Shown here: positions 18,407 to 27,481 of the stretch, one piece after another
Numbering within the stretch: position 1 is the first letter of the stretch
How the letters are laid out: every line of letters begins with the position of its first letter
From: Eubacteriales bacterium
GTDB lineage: Bacteria > Bacillota > Clostridia > Christensenellales > CAG-138
Assembly (NCBI GenBank): GCA_021373115.1
Contig: JAJFTI010000002.1
Location: 25,868-89,867, forward strand
DNA: 64,000 nt
Direction of reading: 5' to 3'
Program-made: the position numbers and the translations under genes
Notes under the pieces: model-generated
Databases searched by the model: none
The model's input: only the letters and a program-made list of their open reading frames with translations
Told to the model about the DNA's origin: nothing

Positions 18407-20515
18407 ATGGACTTAAAGAAACTTCTAAAGCCCTCGAAAATCGCCATAGTCGGCGCGAGCGAAAAGGAAAACCTGGGCGGGTTTACCGTGCGTATGATGC
18501 TGGCCCACGCGGGCGGCCGCATCGACGACGTATACTTTGTCAATCCCGGACGGGAGAGCATATTCGGCCGCGCCTGCTACCCGTCGCTTTCCGCGCTGCC
18601 GGAACGAATCGACCTCGCCATCCTCGCGACTGCCAAGGCGACCGTCGAATCGCTGGTGGAGGAAGCCGCCCAAATGGGCGCGGGCGGCGTTGTGGTGTAC
18701 GCAAGCGGATATGGCGAGACCGGAAAGCCGGAGGATAAGCAGGCGGAGGAGTCGCTCAAGGCTCTTTGCCGAAGGCTGAATCTTGCGCTCATGGGGCCGA
18801 ACTGTGCGGGATTTCTCAATCTGGTGGACAAGGTTCCCGCCATGGGGTTTCTCACCACCGTTCACGAGAGGGTGGGCAGGGTAGGCCTTGTTTCCCAGAG
18901 CGGCATGATCTGCACGCTTCTTTCGGACAGCGGGAAAGCGGATTTTTCTTATGTAATCTCCTGCGGCAACAGTAAAATTGTCGAAGTGGTGGACTACATC
19001 GACTTTCTTGTGGACGATGCGGACACCGGCGTGATTGCCGCCTATATTGAGGGAGTTTCCAATCCGGCGAAGTTCCTGGCTACCCTGAAAAAGGCCGCTA
19101 TGAAGCAAAAACCGGTAATTCTGCTCAAGATCGGCCGTTCCGAGGCGGGCAGCCGTTCCGCGGCCTCCCATACGGGCAGTCTTTCCGGTTCGGACGCGGC
19201 ATTCGACGCAATCTTTCAAAAGTACGGCGTGATCCGCGTGGACGACCTGGAGGATTTGATCGGCATGAGCAGCATCCTCTCCACGCTGTCCGTCCTGCCA
19301 AAGGGCGGCAGGGTCGTTTCCCTCAACGGCTCCGGCGGAGAGAACGGGGTTTCCTGCGACGTAGGCCACCTGTACGGAATAAACTTTCCGCCGTTTACCG
19401 AAAGTACGGCGGAGAAGCTCCGGTCGATTCTGCCGGACTATGCCTCCATCCATAACCCGCTGGATACGACCGCGATGATCTGCTACGATACGGCGGTCTT
19501 TGCCGACGCGGCGGAAACCATCATCAACGACCCGAATTTCGACCTCGCGCTGGTAGGGCTGACCATCGTTGGCGAGCTGACCGACCTTTGCGTCAAGCAC
19601 ATGTCGGAAGGGTTGGTCAAACTCGTCCGGGAGAAGCGAATCGACAAACCCGTTCTCGTTGTTCCCGCGGTGGAAGCGGGGCGCATGCCGGAGTATGTGA
19701 ACATGCTCAAAGACGCGGGAATCCCCGTGACAGCGCCGTGTTTCTATGCGTATAAACACGTGAAGAAGCTGCTCGATTATTGCGCCTGGCGCGCGTTTCT
19801 GCCGGAGATCACGCTGGAGGATGCGGTTGTATCGCGCCCGGGCGGCTTGAAGCGCTGCGCGCTGAGCGAGCATAAATCAAAGGAGATGCTGCGCTCCTTC
19901 GGTGTGAGCGTACCGCAGGAAACGATCGCCTGCAGTGCCTGCGAGGCCGCCGATGCGGCGCGGCGGATCGGCTTTCCGGTGGTCATGAAGATTGAGTCGG
20001 ACGATATTCTGCATAAGTCCGACATGGGCGGTGTCGTGCTGAACATTACGAGCGAGTTTGAGGCGGAGGAAGCCTTCCGCCGCATTATGGAAAACGCCGC
20101 GATCAACCGCCCGGATGCTCGCATCAACGGCGTTCTGGTGCAGAAAATGCTGCCGGGCGGACTGGAAGCGATCATCGGCGTGAACCGGGACGAGCTTTTT
20201 GGTCCCATGGTGCTTCTGGGCCTCGGCGGGGTGAATACGGAACTGCTCCGGGATGTCGCGCTGTATCCCGCGCCGTTTGGCAAGGCGGAAGCGCTGCGCA
20301 TGATTGGCTCTCTCAAGCTGGCGCGGCTGTTCAGCGGCTTTCGGGGAAGCGCGGCGCTGGACGTGGATGCGCTCGCGGAGCTGCTTGCAGGCATCAGCCG
20401 TTTTGCATGTGAAAACCGCGTTCATTTGGCGGAACTGGATTTGAACCCTGTTTTCGTTTATGAAGAAGGATGTGGCGTGGCGATTGCGGATGCGCTGATC
20501 GTGCTGGAAGAGTAG
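18407..20515 (+). CDS. ADP-forming acyl-CoA synthetase (fused alpha/beta, acetate--CoA ligase (ADP-forming) family)
   Basis: 702 aa. N-terminal CoA-binding start PSKIAIVGASEKENLGGF, phosphohistidine-loop-like SAASHTGSLSG, and a C-terminal ATP-grasp part (..FPVVMKIESDDILHKSDMGGV..). Confidence 0.85.
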   Translation: MDLKKLLKPSKIAIVGASEKENLGGFTVRMMLAHAGGRIDDVYFVNPGRESIFGRACYPSLSALPERIDLAILATAKATVESLVEEAAQMGAGGVVVYASGYGETGKPEDKQAEESLKALCRRLNLALMGPNCAGFLNLVDKVPAMGFLTTVHERVGRVGLVSQSGMICTLLSDSGKADFSYVISCGNSKIVEVVDYIDFLVDDADTGVIAAYIEGVSNPAKFLATLKKAAMKQKPVILLKIGRSEAGSRSAASHTGSLSGSDAAFDAIFQKYGVIRVDDLEDLIGMSSILSTLSVLPKGGRVVSLNGSGGENGVSCDVGHLYGINFPPFTESTAEKLRSILPDYASIHNPLDTTAMICYDTAVFADAAETIINDPNFDLALVGLTIVGELTDLCVKHMSEGLVKLVREKRIDKPVLVVPAVEAGRMPEYVNMLKDAGIPVTAPCFYAYKHVKKLLDYCAWRAFLPEITLEDAVVSRPGGLKRCALSEHKSKEMLRSFGVSVPQETIACSACEAADAARRIGFPVVMKIESDDILHKSDMGGVVLNITSEFEAEEAFRRIMENAAINRPDARINGVLVQKMLPGGLEAIIGVNRDELFGPMVLLGLGGVNTELLRDVALYPAPFGKAEALRMIGSLKLARLFSGFRGSAALDVDALAELLAGISRFACENRVHLAELDLNPVFVYEEGCGVAIADALIVLEE

Positions 20516-20881
20516 GCGCGGCGCTTGCGTTTTAAATAGCGGCGCGGATATTCCATGCTGCCGCCGCAGTAAACCGCGCGCCGGACGGCTTCGCAGGTTG
20601 CGCGCTGCACGGCGCGCGGCGGCGGAGCCGGTTCTGTTGCGGTGCGCGCGTTCGGGAGTACTTCGCCGCTGCGCGGAAATGGAATCCGGCGAAATCCGGA
20701 AGAAAGCGGCGGTTCCGCCCGCTGTTTTCCACAGGATGCGAATTCCGGAATTCCGAAAATGAAATGCCTTTCTATTATGGTGAGAATCCGCTATACTAAT
20801 AGCCAACCATTGGAAAACCGCGGATTTTTTCGTGTATGGTTTGAAAAGAAAAGAAAATCCGACCGCAGATGAGGCGATGAT

Positions 20882-22480
20882 TTGGAAAGCGAACAGCCTA
20901 GGTTAAGCCTACGGCACATCTCAAAATCGTACTCCGGCAACCGCGTACTCAGCGACGTTTCGCTGGATGTGCGCGCGGGGGAAATTCACGCGCTGCTCGG
21001 CGAGAACGGCGCGGGGAAATCCACGCTCATGAAAATCCTCATGGGCATGGACGAGATTCGCCAGAGCGGCGGATTCGAAGGCGAGATTTTACTGGACGGT
21101 GAACCGGTGCAGATCGATTCGCCCAAGCGTGCTCACGAGCTGGGCGTATGCATGGTGCATCAGGAACTGATGCTCGTAAACGGCTTTACGGTGGCGGAGA
21201 ATATTCGCGTTGGCCGGGAACCCGTAAAGCGGATCGGCCGCGGGGAACGGGACGCCGCCTGCCTGCCCATCGATTTTTCACGTCTGCGCGAACAAGCCAA
21301 AACCGCGCTGGAGCGGCTGCACGTCGAGCTGGACGGGGATATGCCGATTGCCGAATTGCCGGTAACCCAGATGCAGTTCGTGGAGATTGCACGAGAGGTT
21401 GACCGGCCGGGAATCCGGCTGCTGATACTGGACGAACCGACCGCCGTGCTCAACGACGAGGAAGCCGAATGCCTGCTCGATAGAATGGCGCGCCTCAAGC
21501 AATCGGGACTGAGCATTCTGTTTATTACACACCGCCTTGGAGAGGTGCTGCGCTGCTGCGACCGCATTACGGTTCTGCGGGACGGCGCGGTGGCAGGGCG
21601 CGCCGAGAGCGGGAAAACGAGCGCGGCGGCAATTGCGGAAATGATGATTGGCAAGCGCCTCCTGGCCATTCACACTTCGGAGCGTATTTCGTTTGGCGAA
21701 CCGACGGAGGAGCCCGTTTTACAGCTGAACGGATTCTGGGCGGATCTGCCGGGCGAGCGTGTGGAGCGGCTGGATCTGGAGGTGCGCCGGGGCGAGATTC
21801 TCGGGCTCGGCGGCCTTTCCGGGCAGGGCAAGATCGGATTTGCCAACGGCCTGATGGGCCTCTGCCCGTCCGGCGGCGTTGTCATTCTGGACGGACGGGA
21901 GCTTTCACTTGGGGATGCGGGGAGCGTGCTGCGAGCGGGATTTGGGTTCGTTTCCGAAGACCGCAGGCGCGTTGGCCTTCTTTCCGGCAGCTCGATCGAG
22001 GAAAACATTGCTATCCCCGCCATGCTCAACTTCGGCCGGTTCCTCCGCCGCGTCGGCCCGGTTCAAATGATCGACCGCCGCGCCATGCGGGCAAACGCGC
22101 TGGAATTCATCCATGCGCTCGATATTCGCTGCACCGGGCCGGATCAGCCGGCCGGGATGCTTTCCGGCGGCAATCAGCAGAAGGTCTGCGTCGCGCAGGC
22201 ACTCACGCTCCGCCCGCGTATTCTGCTTGTCAGCGAACCCACGCGCGGCATCGATATCGGCGCAAAGCATTTGCTGCTCAACGTTCTGCTCCGGCTGAAC
22301 CGCGAGCAGGGGATTACCATCGTGTTTACTTCTTCCGAGCTGCAGGAACTTCGCTCCGTCTGCGACCGGATCGCAATTATCTCGCGCGGAAGGGTGGCGG
22401 GTATTCTGCCGCCGGACGCGCCGGAAGCGGAGTTCGGGCTGATGATGAGCGGGCTGGACGTAAAAAGGAGCGGTGTATGA
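20882..22480 (+). CDS. ABC transporter ATP-binding protein, duplicated NBD (CUT2/ribose type)
   Basis: Walker A GENGAGKST, signature LSGGNQQK and a second degenerate NBD. TTG start 20882, 7 nt after GAGG. Confidence 0.9.
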   Translation: MESEQPRLSLRHISKSYSGNRVLSDVSLDVRAGEIHALLGENGAGKSTLMKILMGMDEIRQSGGFEGEILLDGEPVQIDSPKRAHELGVCMVHQELMLVNGFTVAENIRVGREPVKRIGRGERDAACLPIDFSRLREQAKTALERLHVELDGDMPIAELPVTQMQFVEIAREVDRPGIRLLILDEPTAVLNDEEAECLLDRMARLKQSGLSILFITHRLGEVLRCCDRITVLRDGAVAGRAESGKTSAAAIAEMMIGKRLLAIHTSERISFGEPTEEPVLQLNGFWADLPGERVERLDLEVRRGEILGLGGLSGQGKIGFANGLMGLCPSGGVVILDGRELSLGDAGSVLRAGFGFVSEDRRRVGLLSGSSIEENIAIPAMLNFGRFLRRVGPVQMIDRRAMRANALEFIHALDIRCTGPDQPAGMLSGGNQQKVCVAQALTLRPRILLVSEPTRGIDIGAKHLLLNVLLRLNREQGITIVFTSSELQELRSVCDRIAIISRGRVAGILPPDAPEAEFGLMMSGLDVKRSGV

Positions 22481-23514
22481 AACAATCGCTGATTGCGCGC
22501 GTGGGTCTGCCAAGGATCATCATCTTCGCGTTTCTGCTGCTCCTGCTCGCGCTGTGCGTTCTGACGAAGCAGGATCTCGGTGCGATTACGGGGGATGTGA
22601 TCGTCCGCTTCGGTATGAACGGCATCCTTGCGCTGTCGATGTTCCCCTCCATCCTTTGCGGCGCAGGTCTGAACTTCGGCGTGCCCATCGGGGTAATCGC
22701 GGGGCTCGTTGGCGGCCTTCTGAGCGTTGAATTCGGCATGACCGGGTTTGGCGGGGTTGCCGCGGCGTGCCTGTTTTCCGTACCGATTGCGGTCGCGTTC
22801 GGGTATCTTTACGGGAAACTTCTTAATACCGTGAAAGGCAACGAAATCGTGGTTGGCAACTATATCAGCTACGCGGCGGTTTCGCTCATGTGCATTTTCT
22901 GGCTGCTTATGCCGTTTACGAACCCGGCCATCACCTGGCCGATCCGCGGCACCGGCGTGCGCACGACCGTTACGCTGGAAGGGTTTTACGACGGTCTGCT
23001 CAACGACACGCTTTCGTTTACCGTGCTGGGGGTCAAGATTCCAACGCTGTTGCTGGCGGCTTTTGCGCTCGCCTGCGTTTTGATTTGGCTTTTTTCACGC
23101 AGTAAAACCGGTCTTTTGATGAAAGCGGCGGGCGAAAATCCAATGTACGCTGCCGCTGCGGGCATCTCCGTGGACGCTATGCGTTTAAAGGGGATAATTC
23201 TCTCCACCTTGCTTGCCGCGGTCGGAATCGTGATCTATTCCCAATCCTACGGGTTTTATCAGCTTTACAACGCGCCGCTCAATATGGCGTTTGCGCCCGT
23301 CGCGGCGGTGCTTCTCGGAGGAGCGACCACGCGGACGGTGAAAATACGCCACGTGATCATCGGCACGTTCCTGTTTCAGGCGATCATCACGGTGGCCATG
23401 CCCGTTGCCAACCAGCTTGCGCCGGACGGCGGGCTTGCGGAGGTTGCGCGGATTATTGTTTCCAACGGAATCATTCTCTACGCGCTGATGCAGAGCGGAG
23501 GTGAGCGCAAGTGA
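22477..23514 (+). CDS. ABC transporter permease
   Basis: Polytopic membrane protein. Its start overlaps the ATPase stop (ATGA). Belongs with the 20882 ATPase. Confidence 0.8.
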   Translation: MKQSLIARVGLPRIIIFAFLLLLLALCVLTKQDLGAITGDVIVRFGMNGILALSMFPSILCGAGLNFGVPIGVIAGLVGGLLSVEFGMTGFGGVAAACLFSVPIAVAFGYLYGKLLNTVKGNEIVVGNYISYAAVSLMCIFWLLMPFTNPAITWPIRGTGVRTTVTLEGFYDGLLNDTLSFTVLGVKIPTLLLAAFALACVLIWLFSRSKTGLLMKAAGENPMYAAAAGISVDAMRLKGIILSTLLAAVGIVIYSQSYGFYQLYNAPLNMAFAPVAAVLLGGATTRTVKIRHVIIGTFLFQAIITVAMPVANQLAPDGGLAEVARIIVSNGIILYALMQSGGERK

Positions 23515-24755
23515 CGAAGTGGAAACGTACGCTCAAAAAAAACGCCGTGCCGCTCTTGTTCATCAGCCTCTCGGCGTTCGCGTTTCTCTATTCGGGCGCG
23601 TCCGGCCCGGTTGTGGTTTCAGATGTCGTCTCCCGTTTTGCGCGGAACGCGATTCTGGTGCTCTCGCTGATCTTTCCCGTGCTGGCGGGTATGGGACTGA
23701 ATTTCGGCATTGCCATTGGAGCAATGGCGGGCCAGATTGCGCTGTTTTTCGTGATGCTGGCGGGAATCACCGGTACGAACGGGCTTTTGGCGGCTGCGCT
23801 GCTTTGCGTACCGCTGGCGGTCGTTTTCGGGTGGCTTTCCTCGCTCGTGCTAAACCGCACGAAAGGACAGGAGATGATCACGTCCATGCTGCTGGCCTTC
23901 TTTGCGTCGGGCGTGTACCAGTTCTTCTTTTTGTATCTGCTGGGCGGCGTAATACCCGTAAACAACCCGGATTTTCTGATGGGCAGCGGAATCGGCGTAC
24001 GGAGCAACCTGGATATGACCGGCATGCAGTACGCACTGGACGATCTGCTGAAAACAGACGTATTCACTTGCCTGCTCGCCACCGCGGCGGGATTCGGCGT
24101 CTGGCTCGTGTATCAGGCTGTGAAGCACAAAAAACAGCCGCTGTATCTGGCGCTGCTTTTCGCACTGGACGCGGCGCTTCTCGCCCTAGGCGTACTCGGC
24201 AAGTTTGGCGGCCTCTGGCCGCAGTATCGCGTGATGGTACAGATTCCGGTGGCAACGCTGCTTGTTGTCGCGTTGGTGGGTTTCGTGATACGATACTTTT
24301 TTTCCACTCGCATGGGGCAGCGTATGCGCGCGGTCGGCAACGACACGACCGCGTCCAGCGCGGTTGGCATCGACGTAAACCGCGTTCGCACGCAGGCAAT
24401 GATTCTCTCCACCCTTGTTGCGGCGCTTGGGCAGATCGTTTACCTGCAAAACATTGGCACCATTGCGGTTTACAGCGCGCATGAGAACGTTGGCATGTTC
24501 TCCGCCGCGGCTCTGCTGGTTGGCGGTGCTTCCGTCTCCGGCGCGACGGTGCCGCAGGCGCTGCTGGGGACGCTGCTGTTCCACCTGCTGTTTAACATTC
24601 TGCCAATTGCCGGACAGAAGCTCTTTGGCAGTCCGGAGATCGGCGAATATTTCCGCGTGTTCATTGCGTACGGCATCATTGCGGTCACGCTTTCGCTCTA
24701 CGCATGGAAAATAACGGCAAAGAGGAACGCGACCCGGGAGAAGAAGCGCAACTAA
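23511..24755 (+). CDS. ABC transporter permease
   Basis: Polytopic membrane protein. GTG 23511 overlaps the previous stop (GTGA) and is preceded by GGAGGTG. The +1-frame ORF 23501..24484 is rejected. Confidence 0.8.
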   Translation: MTKWKRTLKKNAVPLLFISLSAFAFLYSGASGPVVVSDVVSRFARNAILVLSLIFPVLAGMGLNFGIAIGAMAGQIALFFVMLAGITGTNGLLAAALLCVPLAVVFGWLSSLVLNRTKGQEMITSMLLAFFASGVYQFFFLYLLGGVIPVNNPDFLMGSGIGVRSNLDMTGMQYALDDLLKTDVFTCLLATAAGFGVWLVYQAVKHKKQPLYLALLFALDAALLALGVLGKFGGLWPQYRVMVQIPVATLLVVALVGFVIRYFFSTRMGQRMRAVGNDTTASSAVGIDVNRVRTQAMILSTLVAALGQIVYLQNIGTIAVYSAHENVGMFSAAALLVGGASVSGATVPQALLGTLLFHLLFNILPIAGQKLFGSPEIGEYFRVFIAYGIIAVTLSLYAWKITAKRNATREKKRN

Positions 24756-24984
24756 GCGGCGATTGACATGTTGAGAGAAAGCCGGATCAAGGAAAGCCAG
24801 GCTGAAAGCAGCGTATTTGCCAAAAGTCTAAAACGGAGAGCCCGTCTGACGATGGACTCTTTTTTTGACGGAACCTCCACGAAGGGATACGATCGCGCGA
24901 AACATGCGGGGGATGCTGCGGGTTATGAAGTGTGTGCAAAACGGACGGAAAAACTCCACGCCTCCTCTTCGGCAGTTTCAGATG

Positions 24985-25012
24985 TTGACAAAAGCGGCAG
25001 GAGTTTTATAAT
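24985..25012 (+). promoter_or_regulatory. Near-consensus sigma-70 promoter
   Basis: TTGACA (24985-24990), 16 nt, TATAAT (25007-25012). Confidence 0.65.
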
Positions 25013-25017
25013 ACAGA

Positions 25018-25031
25018 TGTTAACGTTAACA
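25018..25031. promoter_or_regulatory. LacI-type operator, perfect palindrome TGTTAACGTTAACA
   Basis: 14-bp perfect dyad with a central CG, 6 nt after the -10 box and 40 nt before the LacI-family gene start. Confidence 0.65.
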
Positions 25032-25071
25032 AGGCGTCCGAATCTGATACGGAAAGAGTGTTCTGCCAAGC

Positions 25072-26112
25072 ATGAAAACGATAAAGAAAGCCGCAAGTAT
25101 CGAGGATGTCGCCCGTTTAGCCGGGGTTTCTGTTATGACGGTCTCCCGCGTAATGAACCGGAGCGTTCATGTCAGCACGATCACGAAAGAAAAAGTTGAG
25201 AATGCGGTAAAGACACTAAACTACCGCCCGAATATGGTCGCAAAGAGCCTTGTGACACAGCGTACGCATATCGTTGCTTATATAACAAACAACATGACGG
25301 ATCTTTTCCACACGGAGGTTGGAAGAGGAATTGAAGAGATCTGTTATAAACGCAATTACATTGTGATCATTTGCGATGCAAACAGCACGCCGCGGCAGAA
25401 AGAATATATCAACATGCTTCTCGACCGGAAGGTTGACGGGGCTATTTTTCATCATACGAACATCAGCAAAGAAGAAATTGAACGTTTAAACGCCGCCGGA
25501 ATACAATGCGTTTTAATCGATAATGAAAACGATTGGGACAACGCTGGCATTGTCAATACGGATAATTTTAACGGCGGATACATGGCAGCGGAGCATCTGA
25601 TCCGGGCGGGACACAGCCGCATAGCTTGCATACACGGAAGGCTCTCAAACGGCGATCCGGATGGAACGAATATCGATGTGGTTCGCACATGGCGGGAACG
25701 CACATCGGGTTTTCTTGCCGGACTGTCCGCCTGCGGGATAAAGCCGGAACGATTGATCGAAAGCGACAGCCGGATGAAGAATGCTCTGCTTACGGCGAAT
25801 CGATTTCTGGACGATATACTCAAAATGCGGCAGCCACCCACGGCGGTGTATTGCGAAAACGATGTGATTGCCCTCAGCGTACTGAGCGAAGCGCTGGAAA
25901 AAAACGTACCTGTGCCGGATCGTCTGGCCATTGTGGGGCATGACGGCATCGAAACGAGCATATCCCTATATCCCCGCGTAACAACGGTCGTCCTGCCGCA
26001 CTATGAGACCGGCATGAAAGCGGCGGATATGCTGATTGATCTTATCGAAAATAAACATGAAATAAACAAGATTGTCCTGAACCCGAAGCTGTTTGTTGGA
26101 AGTACAACCTAA
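25072..26112 (+). CDS. LacI/GalR family transcriptional regulator
   Basis: HTH ASIEDVARLAGVSVMTVSRVMN followed by a sugar-binding-fold domain. Confidence 0.9.
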   Translation: MKTIKKAASIEDVARLAGVSVMTVSRVMNRSVHVSTITKEKVENAVKTLNYRPNMVAKSLVTQRTHIVAYITNNMTDLFHTEVGRGIEEICYKRNYIVIICDANSTPRQKEYINMLLDRKVDGAIFHHTNISKEEIERLNAAGIQCVLIDNENDWDNAGIVNTDNFNGGYMAAEHLIRAGHSRIACIHGRLSNGDPDGTNIDVVRTWRERTSGFLAGLSACGIKPERLIESDSRMKNALLTANRFLDDILKMRQPPTAVYCENDVIALSVLSEALEKNVPVPDRLAIVGHDGIETSISLYPRVTTVVLPHYETGMKAADMLIDLIENKHEINKIVLNPKLFVGSTT

Positions 26113-26133
26113 TGCAGAATACGGAGGAACGCT

Positions 26134-27306
26134 ATGAGACCTATCATATCGGATCAGGAATTTCAAGATCGCGTACAAAAAACGCAGCAGCGGATGCAGG
26201 AAACAGGAATTGATCTATTGCTGGCCTATGGAAACGAAGTTGAGCCACAGTTCCCGCGGTATTATTCCGACTATTGGCCTTCCTTTGAGAGCGCGGGCGT
26301 TCTCATTGCACAGGAAGGCGATCCCGTACTGCTCATTGGACCGGAAAGCATGACCTATGCAGCCGACCGAAGCCGGATTCGGGAGATCCGGCGCTTATCC
26401 TGCTTTCGTGAATCCTCCAACCCGGAATATCCGGGCCACGTGATGGATCGTTTTCGAGACGCAGCGAGGGACTTGATGAACGGGAAACCGTTGAAAAGGC
26501 TTGCGATCGCAGGCTATCAACTGATTCCGCATTTCACCTACGAGGAAATAACACAGAGTCTGGATGACAACGGCCCGTATGAGGTGATCCAGGGCGACGA
26601 TCTTGTCGTGAGCCTGCGAATGATCAAATCGCCCGCGGAAATCGAATGCATGCGGTATGCGGGCAATATAACCGCCAGAACATTCGATCATGTAATTCAA
26701 AACATTCGTCCGGGAATGACCGAATCCCAGGTGAGAGGGCTCGCTCTTGGCAGAATGCATCAACTGGGTGCGGAAAACGAAGCATACCCCACCTGGGTAT
26801 TGGCGGGAGAAGGGGGAAATCAAGCCATCAGCCGGGCGCGGCAGAAGGCGATCGGTGAGAACGAGATGGTACACCTGCAGTTTGGCGCACGGTATGAGGG
26901 CTATGCATCCACGATTGGCCGGCCGGTTATCTTTGGTAAACCGGAGGAGTGGATGCTTGACGCAATCCGCGCCGGCTACGAAGGCTACGAAGCAGTTGCG
27001 GCCGAGCTTTACGCGGGGAATAACGCCGGCAATGTTGCGAATGCATTTTACAACACAATGAAAGCAAACGGTCATCTGGACTGGCTGCTTTATGGCCCGT
27101 GCCATGGAACCGGGCTGATGGAAGGGGAACCGCCCTGGATTGAAAAGAACTCCGATTTTACGCTGAAAGAGAATATGACATTCTGCATATGCCTTTTCAT
27201 GGGAAACCGGAAAGGGTATGGTTTTCGTATCGAGGATAGTTTTCGGGTAGGCAAAGACAAGCCGGAAAGCCTCACAGACTATCCAAAGGAGATATTGTTG
27301 CTGTAG
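26134..27306 (+). CDS. M24-fold (creatinase/prolidase-like) protein with apparently degenerate metal site
   Basis: Creatinase-N-like N-terminal half and a pita-bread C-terminal half (..YEGYASTIGRPV.., ..CHGTGLMEGEPP.., ..FRIEDSF..). See finding on ligand substitutions. Confidence 0.8.
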   Translation: MRPIISDQEFQDRVQKTQQRMQETGIDLLLAYGNEVEPQFPRYYSDYWPSFESAGVLIAQEGDPVLLIGPESMTYAADRSRIREIRRLSCFRESSNPEYPGHVMDRFRDAARDLMNGKPLKRLAIAGYQLIPHFTYEEITQSLDDNGPYEVIQGDDLVVSLRMIKSPAEIECMRYAGNITARTFDHVIQNIRPGMTESQVRGLALGRMHQLGAENEAYPTWVLAGEGGNQAISRARQKAIGENEMVHLQFGARYEGYASTIGRPVIFGKPEEWMLDAIRAGYEGYEAVAAELYAGNNAGNVANAFYNTMKANGHLDWLLYGPCHGTGLMEGEPPWIEKNSDFTLKENMTFCICLFMGNRKGYGFRIEDSFRVGKDKPESLTDYPKEILLL

Positions 27307-27431
27307 CGGCGGCAGTGCGGCGAGGGCGCGTTCCCGATAGGAAACGGAAGGATACGAAGTGCAGGTGGCAAGCAATACACCTGGCTTTTGCCGGATTGAC
27401 AGAAAAACAACTCGGAAATAAAGCGCTTGAA

Positions 27432-27481
27432 CATGGTATTTTCCGAGATATATAAAATTAACGGGAAATACCATGTTTTTA
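27432..27481 (+). terminator. Hairpin plus T-run between the M24 gene and the binding-protein gene
   Basis: CATGGTATTTTCCG / CGGGAAATACCATG (14 bp, one mismatch) with a 16-nt AT-rich loop, followed by TTTTTAT. The loop contains a possible -10 (TATATA) after TTGAAC. Confidence 0.45.

Noticed and set aside
18425-19873. 482-aa minus-strand ORF (and 19877..20806) opposite the acyl-CoA synthetase gene
   Set aside because: Antisense to a 702-aa ORF with clear CoA-binding and ATP-grasp motifs. Its composition is typical of antisense frames.
20740-20753. GAATTCCGGAATTC as a cloning-linker artefact
   Set aside because: The sequence resembles classic EcoRI linker cores. However, it is embedded in otherwise continuous native-looking intergenic sequence, with no vector-like flanks and no disruption of neighbouring genes. 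It is treated as a natural palindrome unless read data say otherwise.
23501-24484. 327-aa plus-strand ORF in another frame of the second permease gene
   Set aside because: The Arg/Gly/Ala-rich product has no TM helices. The 23511..24755 frame gives a coherent polytopic permease with translational coupling to the upstream gene.
24768-25199. 143-aa plus-strand ORF upstream of and overlapping the second LacI gene
   Set aside because: It reads through the consensus promoter, the palindromic operator and the start of the LacI HTH in another frame. It is more parsimonious as non-coding control region.
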